Shown here: positions 53,208 through 64,000 of the stretch, in pieces | Position numbering within the stretch: position 1 is the stretch's first letter | Layout of the letters: each line of letters starts with the position of its first letter | Assembly: GCA_028826165.1 (NCBI GenBank) | Contig: JAPDFW010000070.1 | Span: 1,364,001-1,428,000, forward strand | Source: Anaeramoeba ignava BMAN | Taxonomy: Eukaryota; Protista; Anaeramoebae | DNA length: 64,000 nucleotides | Direction: 5' to 3' | Notes under the pieces: model-generated | Told to the model about the DNA's origin: nothing | Database searches by the model: none | What the model saw: the letters and a program-made list of their open reading frames with translations, nothing else | Position numbers and translations under genes: made by a program

Positions 53208-56200
53208 TTATTTTCTTTTTCCTTTTTTTCTGTCTTTTTTTCCTTTTTTTGATTTTTCATCTTCTCCAAAGAAACCTCGAATTTTTTCTAATCCTGTTTT
53301 ATAATCTGGTTTTTTAATACATTCACGATAAAATTTTGAGCATAAAGGGTTTGTAGTTATTGCATGATAAACATGAGCCAAATTCTAATTAGATAAATTT
53401 TTTCCGATTTTAATTTTATAAATTTTAATTTTATAAATGAATTTTAATTTTATAAATTTTAATTTTATAAATGAATTTTAATTTTAATTTAAATTATAAT
53501 TTTATAAATAAATTTTAATTTTAATTTTATAAATGAATTTTATAAATGAATTTTATAAATGAATTATAATTTTATAAATTAATTTTATGAATTTTAATTT
53601 TATAAATGAATTATAATTTTATAAATAAATTTTAATTTTAATTTTATAAATGAATTTTATAAATGAATTTTAATTTTAATTTTATAAATGAATTTTATAA
53701 ATGAATTTTATAAATGAATTTTATAAATGAATTTTATAAATGAATTTTATAAATGAATTATAATTTTATAAATGAATTTTAATTTTATAAATGAATTTTA
53801 TAAATGAATTTTATAAATGAATTCTAATTTTTATTGTAAAAACTTACAACAAACTTCTGCCCAGGAAAATCATCACCAAAATTTTTATAAATCATATGAA
53901 TTTTAACAAACAATGTATTCTTCTCAAAAAAATCTGAGAACATTTTAATATCTTTTTCCATCTTTTTCAAAGGATCTTTAGTTAACAAACGAGAAGGATC
54001 CTTTCCTTTTTGGATACGAATTTCTTCTCTTTGATTCATTGTGAGTATCTTATGCAAAACCTTGAGACCAACATCAGTTACTGAACGATCCGAACTTGTT
54101 GAAACCAATTCAATCATTGATTTGAGATGATTAATTTTTTTCAAATGATTCACAACATCGTTGTGATATTTAATGGAATGATAGTAAATTTTCCACAATT
54201 GCCTGCTTAATTCATAATCCTTGCAATCTCTAAATAAATTAATAAATTGAGGAAAAAATGAATTGGATTCAACTACTAATTGGAATATTTGATCATTGCG
54301 AAGAATGTAAGTTAATGATGCTATCAATTTTCTCTTCATTTCATCAAGTGAATGAGGTGCTGATGCCACAATAGCAAGAATATCAAGGATGTTCTTCTCA
54401 GAAATAATCATTTTCTTCTTCAAACTTGATGCCATTATGATTGTTTTTTTATCTTTTTCAGAAACTTCGATATTGTTTGATCGATAAAATGCATCAACAA
54501 TATTTTTGATTATTGCCGAGATATGAATCAATGTTTCATTTGCATAATTTTGTTTCACAAGATTCTCCAAATGCTTGAAAAGCTCAAAATATAAATTAGG
54601 TGTTGCTATTGGTGAATTCATGATGTCAGATTGAATTTTGATTTCCGAAAATGCTTTGTGGAGAAATAGTCGAAGAAGAACAACAAAATCTGATGCTTTT
54701 TTGTTTTCTTCTTGATCAGATGTTTCTGGTTTAGGTGGTGGTTGTAATTCTTTGATTATTGTATCAACGCTTTGTGAATAATGTTTTATTAAGAATTGTT
54801 TGAAATAAAATGATGATATTAATTCTTTCCATATTTGTGTTTTTGAAAATTGTATATGTGTAAGTTTAGTTGTTTTTTTGATTTTCTCAATTAAATTCAT
54901 TTGGCTCATGATTTCCTATTTTTGAATTTTAAATTTAAAATGAATTATAATTTTAATTTCAAAATGAATTTTAATTTTAATTTTTAATTTCAAAATGAAT
55001 TTTAATTTTAATTTTTAATTTTAATTTTAATTTTAATTTTAAATGAATTTTAATTTTTCAAATGAATTTTAATTTTAATTTCAAAATGAATTTTAATTTT
55101 AATTTTAATTTTAAATTTCAAAATGAATTTTAATTTTAATTTTAATTTTAATTTCAAAATGAATTTTAATTTTAATTTTAATTTTAATTTCAAAATGAAT
55201 TTTAATTTTAAATTCAAAATGAATTTTATTTTAGTTTTAAATTTTAATTTTTAATTTTAATTTTAATTTCAAAATGAATTTTAATTTTAAATTCAAAATG
55301 AATTTTAATTTTTAATTTCAAAATGAATTATAATTTTAATAATTTTAATTATTTTAGTTTCAAAATGAATTATAATTTTAATTTTAATTTTAATTTCAAA
55401 ATGAATTATAATTTTAATAATTTTAATTTTAATTTTAAATTTTGCTTACATTAATCACTGGATCATTTGCTCGAATAAGATAAATGAATAAAATTAAATA
55501 ATATCCAGATATTAAAATCGAACGAGATGTGATTTTTGCAAATATTTCTTCTGTTAAAAATTTTGGATTTGACTGAATTGTCATTACAAAAGAATTTTGA
55601 AGATTTTTTAAATATTGTTGAATTTGAGTAATTGCATTTGCAAAGTTTTGAGGATCTCTTTGTAACCCATTCCAAATAATTTTAAGATAATAATGAGCAA
55701 GAATACTTTGTTCAATTGATAAACTTTCAGTGGAAAACAACTAGAAAAAAAAAATATTTTAAATGTTTTTTAAATTTTTAAATTGTTTTCAAATTAATTT
55801 GTGTAAAGTTTAATTTTCTACAATATTAGATATAGATCTTAATTCAGGTGTTCTAGGAAATAATGGTGATGGAATTGGTGTAAAAAAATTCATTGCATAA
55901 GCAATATAATAAAGGTTGTTCAGATCACGATCAAGTAAATATTTTTCAAATATTTGTTTGGAAACATTTTCTTGTAAAACTGCACCAACAAATTTTGAAA
56001 TCTAAATCAAAATAAAAATAAAAATAAAATTTAAATTATAAATTAAAATTTAAAATTAAAATTAAAATTAAAATTAATATTTAAAATTAATATTTAAAAT
56101 TAAAATTAAAATTATAAATAAAATTATAATTAAAATTATAAATAAAATTATAAATAAAATTAAAATTTAAATTATAAATAAAATTAAAATTAAAATTTAA

Positions 56201-59200
56201 AATTATAAACCTGAGCATGAATTTTAAGGGATAAAGTTTCTTCAAAAAGTTGAAGAATTTGCTCAAAATTATTTGCATCCAAACAAGATACAAAAAGACC
56301 TAAATAAGAAATTTCTCTGTTTTGATAATTCACAGTTTGTGATAAAAGACCTAAAAATTGATCAATGCACATTTCAATACAAAGAATTTGGCGAACATTT
56401 TCAATTGTAAATGTAGGTGATCTTTGGATAATTTCATTAATAAGTTGTTTTTGTTCTTCGAATTTCTATTGATTTTTTTTTGATTAAACAAGAAATTATT
56501 GATTCCAAAAAGAAAATTAAAAGAAAAAATAATGATTTAAACCTCTTTTGGAAATCTTGAAGGGTGATACCAATATTGAATATGATCAAGACGTAATTCA
56601 TTTTCTATAATTGCTAAATCTGTTTTTAAATGATTTCTAACAGTCAAATCATTAATTTTTTTTAAATCAATTGGTTCAGAAATATTATATCTTGGAATAC
56701 TAAAGAAAACAGGAACACCCTAATTTTTTAATTTTAATTTTAATTTTAAATTTTAATTTTTTAATATTAATTTTAATTTTTAATTTTTTAATATTAATTT
56801 TAATTTTGAATTTAAATTTTTTAATTTTAATTTTATAATTTTAATTTTAATTTAAATTTTTAATTTTTTAATTTTGATTTTAATTTTAATTTAAATTTTT
56901 TAATATTAATTTTAATTTTGAATTTAAATTTTTTAATTTTAATTATAATAAATTTTAATTTTTTAATTTTAATTATTTTAAATTTTAATTTACATCAATT
57001 TCTGAAGGACAATCCATTGAAGAATTAATCATTGGACCAGTTAAATCAGTTCTTCTTAAATAAAAAGAAGATATTGATGTTTGCATTAAACCACCTTTTT
57101 GTTCATTTACTTGATTATTTGGAGAATTCAATAGATTTTTTGGAAGTGTTCCATGAATTTTACCAATAATGGGTTGAGTAAGTGTTCTATAAAATTCATG
57201 ATTTTTATTCTTTTTATCAATAATTTTTTGCAAAAACTCTTTGACTAAACTTTTTGTGTTTTCATCCATTATTAAAATTGGTTGTTGATGTTTCTTTTTA
57301 TGTTCAGAAATATTCTCCAATTTATCTCGATCTTCATGAGTCATACTTAATTTTAAAATTATATCTTCATTTTCATTTTGTTTCTTAGATTTTTCCCTTT
57401 GTTTAGCTTTTTCTTTTTCTAATTGTTCATTTTTTTCAACTTTTTGTTTATGAATTCTTTCTTCTTCTTTGATTTGTTCTTTTGTTTTTTTTAGTACTAA
57501 AAATGATAAATTTTCTATTGCTAAATTTCCAGTGCAAATTAAAGAAAGTGATAATCCAAGATTAAGCTTTGAAATCCAATAATAATATCTGTTAATTTCT
57601 GGGATTTGCTTTTTCTTTGTTCTTTTAACACGTTCCTTTAAATTTTGAAAAGTTTTAAATTTTATTTTTTTCAGTTAATTTTTTTGTATTTTTCAAAATC
57701 TTTACTTTAAAAAGTCTTGCATTTTCTTCTTCTTTTCTTTTTCTCATTCTCTCATCAATTTCATTTGCTGTTATTAATCCATACATTTCTGAAAGTTGAG
57801 TTGAATGAGGAGGAAGTTGTGGTGTTGTTTTTACAATTGTTTGCGCCCATTTTTTATAAGCAGCTTCAAATTCTTTTTTTTTTTTGAAATTAATTCAAAA
57901 TAATAAATAAAATTAATTGTTTGTTTTTGTTTCATTTTTTTTAAAAGGAAAAAGTCAATTAATTTTTAAAAACCTTCAAATGTATCATAATGTGATTCTT
58001 CTGGTTCAATTGGAATTAAATTATTTCTCCAACTTTCATGATCAGTCATAACAAGATGAGTATCTTCAAAGAAATCTGGTAATTTATCTCCTTTTTGAAG
58101 CTTTTTTTTTAAATATAATTTTAAATATAATTTTAATATTTTAAATATAATTTTAATTTTATAAATAATTTTAATTTTAATTTTAATTTTAATTTTAATT
58201 TTTTTAATTTTAATTTTATAAATAATTTTAAATATAATTTTCTCATAAATTGATTATCATGATTCTTTACTCGAATTCTATCATCTTCTAAACTAATGCT
58301 TTTTTTCTTATCATCAAATAAATCAGACTGTTTACTCAAAGAAGTTTTTGCTGATTCTTTTGTAAAAGAAGAACGAATATCTGTTGATGATTTTCTTCCA
58401 CTATCAGAAAATTTTTTTTGATCACTTGATAATCTCTCTGATTCTGTTACTGAAGATCTTTCACCAATATCAAATTGTTTTTCTGTCTAAAAAACAAATT
58501 TCAAAAAAAAGGTGAAAAATTTTTTTTTGAAACAGCAAAAAATTTTTTAAAAAAAAATTTACTTGATCTTGATAAAGATAAGGTCTTGGTCTAATGCAAC
58601 CAATAATTTCTGGTAAACGAATTACTCCAAGAATACGATTCATTTCATTTTCCCAATCAATAATTGCTTGTTCAAAATCACTGAATGTTTTGAAATCTTC
58701 TGCTTTTGGAAATTTTGGAGCCTGATTTACGTTTTTTGGTAATTTTTCATATAATTTTTGTTCTTTGATTTTTTGTTGTTTTTGTTCTTCGTTAGTTTCA
58801 TTATCTATTTCTTTTTCAGGAATTGAATAATCAAATTTTTCTGGATTTATTTCATCAAAATAAAGATCATAAAAATTTCCGTTTCTATCAAAATTGGCTG
58901 GAAATCGTTGGTTTTGTGAATCCACATTTATTTGTTCAAGTACATTAATATCTGGACTAGAATATCCTTTTCCACCTTTTTAATATTAGATTTAAATTTA
59001 ATTTTATAAATGAATTTTAATTTTAAATTTAATTTTAATTTTGATTTTAATTTTATAAATGAATTTTAATATTAATTTTAATTTTATAAATGAATTTTAA
59101 TATTAATTTTAATTTTAATTTTTAATTTTAATTTTAAATTTAATTTTAATTTTAAATTTAATTTTTAATTTTAATATTAATTTTATAAATGAATTTTAAT

Positions 59201-60852
59201 TTTAATTTTAATTTAATTTTATAAATGTATTTTAATTTTAATTTTAATTTAATTTTAATTTTAATTTTAATTTTAATTTTAATATTAATTTTGATTTTAA
59301 TTTTAATTTTTAATTTTAATTTTAATTTTAATTTATTTTAATTTTATAAATGAATTTAATTTTAATTTTAATTTTAATTTTAATTTTAAATTTAATTTAA
59401 TTTTAATTTTAAATGAATTTTAATTTTATAAATGAATTTTAATTTTAATTTAATTTTATAAATGAATTTTATTAATTTTAATTTTGATTTTAATTTTAAT
59501 TTTAATTTTATAAATGAATTTTTAATTTTAATTTTAATTTTAATTTTAATTTTAATTTTAATTTTAATTTTAATTTTAAATTTAATTTTAAATTTTAATT
59601 TTATAAATGAATTTAATTTTAATTTTAATTTTAATTTTAATTTTAATTTTAATTTTAATTTTAATTTTAATTTTAATTTTAATTTAATTTTATAAATGAA
59701 TTTTAATTTTAATTTTAATTTTAATTTTAAATCAATTTTAATTTTAATTTTAATAATTTTAAATTTAATTTTAATTTTATAAATGAATTTTAATTTTAAT
59801 TTTAATAATTTTATAAATGAATTTTAATTTTAATTTTAATTTTAATTTTAATGAATTTATTTTAATTTTTAATTTTAAATGAATTTTAATTTTAATTTTA
59901 ATTTTAATTTTAATTTTAATTTTATTAAATTTAATTTTATTTTTAATTTTAATTTTTAAATGAATTTAATATTAATTTTATAAATGAATTTTAATTTTGA
60001 TTTTAATTTTAATTTTAATTTTATAAATGAATTTTAATTTTTAATTTTAATTTTTAATTTTAATTTTAATTTTAATTTTTATAAATGAATTTTAATTTTA
60101 AAAATTTTAATTTTAATTTTAATTTTAATTTTAATTTTTAAATGAATTTTAATTTTAATTTTTAAATGAATTTTAATTTTAATTTTAATTTAAATTTTGA
60201 TTTTAATTTTAATTTTAATTTTAATTTTAATTTTAATAATTTTAATTTTAATTTTAAATTTAATTTTAATTTTAATTTTTAATTTTAATTTTAATTTTAG
60301 TTTTAATTTTAGTTTTAATTTTAATTTTAATTTTTAAATGAATTTTAATTTTAAATGAATTTTAATTTTAATTTTATAAATGAATTTTAATTTTAATTTT
60401 AATTTTAATAAATTTTAATTTTAATTTTTAAATGAATTTTAATTTTTAATTTAAATTTTGATTTTTAATATTAATTTTAATATTAATTTTAATTTTAAAT
60501 TTTAATTTTAATATTGATTTTAATTATAATTTTAATATTAATTTTAATTTTAATTTTAATTTTGATTTTGATTTTAATTATTTTTAATTTTGATTTTAAT
60601 TTAATTTTATAAATGAATTTTAATTTTATAAATGAATTTTATTATTAATTTTAATTTTGATTTTAATTTTAATTTTAATTTTATAAATGAATTTTAATAA
60701 TTTTAATTTTATAAATAATTTTTACCAATTGTTGTATAATGTTTAGTATAAGAAGGAAGATCTGATTGATCAGACATTGTTCTTGTTCTTCCTAGAATTC
60801 TTTTAGCTAGATTTGCTCGTTTATTTGTAATTGATTTCAACACATGACTCAT
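53208..60852 (-). CDS. Large multi-exon protein resembling the Dictyostelium Sca1 scaffold
   Basis: Spliced N-terminus HYTTIGGKGYSSPD..RFPANFDRNGNFYDL, two P-x(3-4)-[FY]xTFxxFExAxxxW repeats, and a helical C-terminal region ending ..LFVKIHMIY... The gene is clear; the family call rests on recalled motif similarity. Confidence 0.6.
58990..60720. repeat. (TTTTAA)n / TTTTATAAATGAA repeat filling the ~1.75-kb first intron of the Sca1-like gene
   Basis: Seen directly. Confidence 0.9.
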
Positions 60853-61222
60853 TTTAAAATAGTATTTATTTTTGTGTTCGTTTGTGTTTTTGTTTGTGTT
60901 TTTTTTTGTTATTAATTAAAACAATTATTGAAAAATTATTAAAAATAGAAAAAAAAATGAAAAATAAAAAAATGAAAAATGATTTTTTTTAAATTATAAT
61001 TTTTAAAAACAAAGAAATGGCAAATTTTTGAGTTTTATTTTTCAATTAAAACAAAAATTAAAACAAAAATAAAAAAAGAAGAAGAAAAACAAGAAGCAAA
61101 AATAAAATAAAATAAAAAGAAGAAAAATTAAAATTTTTTTTTTTTCTCCTTTTTTTATTTTTAAAAAGAAAAAAATTCAAAAAGAAAAAATTCCTCAAAA
61201 GAAAAAAAAAAAATAAAATAGA

Positions 61223-64000
61223 TTAGAATTGTGAAATTGCGGATTTAACTTTTTGAGAATGCATTCTCTTTAAATATAATGATTGAGAAAGAGATCTTAA
61301 ATGCTTTAAATATTCTTCAATTGATATTTTATTATTTTTTAAGAAATAATTAAGATAGAAAATTGTATCATCAATTGATGATTGTTTTGCAGTTAAATCT
61401 TGAAATTGTTCAAATGGAATATCATTTGATGTTGTTTGTTGATCAATATCAAATTCTTGTTGAAGTTGTTGGTTTTCGAATTGAATTTGTTGTATTTCTG
61501 TATCAATTTTTTCAATTTCAGTTGTTGTTTGTTGTTGTTCATAATTTGTTCTTTCCTAATTTTTATTTTAATATTTATTTTGATTTTTAATTTTAATTTT
61601 AATTTTAAATTTAATTTTAATTTTAATTTTAATTTTAATTTTAATTTTGATTTTAATTTTGATTTTTAATTTTAATTTTGATTTTAATATTAATTTTAAT
61701 TTTAATTTTAATTTTAATTTTAATTTTAATTTTAATTTTAATTTTAATTTTAATATTAATTTTAATTTTAATTTTTAATTTAATTTTAATTTTAATTTTA
61801 ATTTTAATTTTAATTTTAATTTTAATATTAATATTAATATTAATTTTAATTTTAATATTAATATTAATTTTAATTTTAATATTAATTTTAATTTTAATTT
61901 TAAATTTAATTTTAATTTTAATTTTTAATTTTAATTTTAATTTTAATTTTAATTTTAATTTTGATTTTAATTTTAATTTTAATTTTAATATTAATTTTAA
62001 TTTTAATTTTTTTAAATTTAATTTTAAATTTAATTTTTATATTATTCCAAATTACAATTTGTTCAGCTAATTTTGAAATTGTTTGAGCTTCTTTTTCTTT
62101 ATCTTTTTCAACTTGACGAGCTTGGTTATCTAATGATTCAATTTCCTGAAGAATAGGAGTTAAAGATCTACGAACTTTTTTTCTCATTTTCTTTTTCATA
62201 TCTTGCAAAGACATTTTTTTCTTAACCTTTTGAGAATTAAGATTAGCAACAACAGCTTGATTAGGATTAGGAAATTGTTGGGAGTATTGACCGTATTGTT
62301 GGGAATATTGTTGAGGAAATTGTTGGGGGTATTGACCAAATTGTTGAGGATATTGTTGAGGAAATTGTTGAGGAAATTGTCTGGGGTATTGTTGGGAGTA
62401 TTGACCGTATTGTTGGGGATATTGTTGAGGAAATTGTTGAGGGTATTGTCTGGGGTATTGCTGGTTCGAAATGAAAGTTGAATATTGTTGTTGATAATTT
62501 TGTGGAGTTGCCCTATTCATCCATGCTTTTGGATCCGTTTTTCCGTTTTTTCCGTTTTTTCCGTTATTTTTTCCAGTTGTTGTTGTTGGTGATGTTGTTT
62601 TTGTTGTTATTGGTGGTGTTATTGTTGTTTTGTTGGTGTTGTTGTTGTTGTTGTTATGTTTCCGCTTTTTGGTGGTGGTTTTGCCCGAAGTGGTGGTACA
62701 TCAGAAAATACTGATGACATTTCTGACCCAACTTGTGTTAATGTGTTTTTGTTCGTCCATTTGGTTAATACTGGAAGAATTATTTTCGTACTAGATAAAT
62801 TGGGATGATTTGGTACAATTGTCATTGTCTTATTTAAATTTTAATTTTAATTTTAATTTTGAATTTAATTTTAATTTTATAAATTAATTTTAATTTTAAT
62901 TTTAATTTTGATTTTGATATTGATTTTAATTTGAATTTTAATTTTGATTTTAATATTAATTTTGATTTTGATTTTAATATTGATTTTAATTTTAATTTTA
63001 ATTTTAATTTTAATATTAATTTTAATTTTAATTTTAATTTTAAATTTGATTTTAATTTTGAATTTTAATTTTAATATTGATTTTAATTTAATTTTAATTT
63101 TAATTTTAATTTTAATTTTAATTTTAATTTTAATTTTAATTTTAATTTTAATTTTAATTTTAATTTTAATTTTAATTTTAATTTTAATTTTAATTTTAAT
63201 TTTAATTTTAATTTTAATATTCATTTTAAATTAATTTTAATTTTAATTTTAATTTTAATTTTAATTTTAATTTTAATTTTTAATTTTAATTTTAATTTTA
63301 ATTTTAATTTAAATTTTAATTTTTGATTTTATTATTAATTTTAATTTTAATTTTAATTTTAATTTTAATTTTAATTTTAATTTTAATTTTATTTTTAATT
63401 TTAATTTTTAATTTTAATTTTAATTTTAATATTAATTTTAATATTAATTTTAATTTTAATTTTAATTTTAATTTTAATTTTAATTTTAATTTTAATTTTA
63501 ATTTTAATTTTAATTTTAATTTTAATTTTAATTTTAATTTTAATTTTAATTATTAAAATAAATAATGTTTAAGTGATCAATTAGAAATAAATAAAATACT
63601 TCAAGAGGTTTTAAAAAACATAAAGGAGGTCCATCTGGATAATTTGGAGAAAGATAAATTTGAACAGGAGTAAAATATTGTTTTTTTTGAAAAACGATGG
63701 GAATTGATCCATCAAAACAAATACAAGGAAGAGTACCGCCTTGTTTGTTTGCTTCTAAAGTGGGAAAAAAACAATAAAAAAAATTTAAATAAAAAATTTA
63801 AATAAAAAAATTAAATAAAAAAATTAAATAAAAAATTTAAATAAAAAAATTTAAATAAAAAAATTCATTCAATAAATTTTTACTTAAATAACTTTGTATA
63901 GGTTTAAAAGAAGGATAAAGTTGAATAAAACTCAAAGAATCTTCAAAAGCTCTACGTGCATTTTGATATTTAATTTGATTAAAAAGAGAAACAAGAAATT
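61223..64000 (-). CDS. VPS23: ESCRT-I subunit TSG101/Vps23; multi-exon, 5' end beyond the window
   Basis: UEV domain (CFDGSIPIVFQKKQYFTPVQIYLSPNYPDGPPLCFLKP..VPNHP..ILPVLTKW..VFSDVPPL), P/Q/Y-rich linker, coiled coil, steadiness box IDDTIFYL..ISIEEYLKHLRSLSQSLY. Confidence 0.85.

Overview
Extremely AT-rich, intron-containing eukaryotic DNA. The gene content and style (repeat-expanded introns, an RCC1-BTB gene, a Sca1-like gene, an organelle-targeted Fe-S protein of anaerobic-prokaryote type) suggest an anaerobic protist such as Anaeramoeba (Metamonada); this is inference only. About 17 protein genes lie close together: PP2A scaffold-like (partial), USP24/34-like deubiquitinase, two coiled-coil proteins, two paralogs sharing an unknown basic C-terminal domain, a STE20/MST kinase with a C-terminal membrane hairpin, RCC1-BTB, cystatin, Man1/Src1, a 2-TM gene missed by the ORF track, TOR, three tandem copies of a Cys-rich Fe-S protein, RGS, Sca1-like and TSG101/Vps23 (partial). 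Scattered 1-nt frameshifts look like homopolymer sequencing errors. Best leads: (1) a tandem trio of small tRNA-like elements at 50.9-51.3 kb with compensatory stem changes, identical flanks and unrelated middles; (2) a triplicated, probably laterally acquired polyferredoxin-like gene with an organellar presequence and 7 introns; (3) a 3-nt Gly micro-exon conserved in two copies of that gene; (4) an A-to-T synonymous skew and a GC dome within exons.
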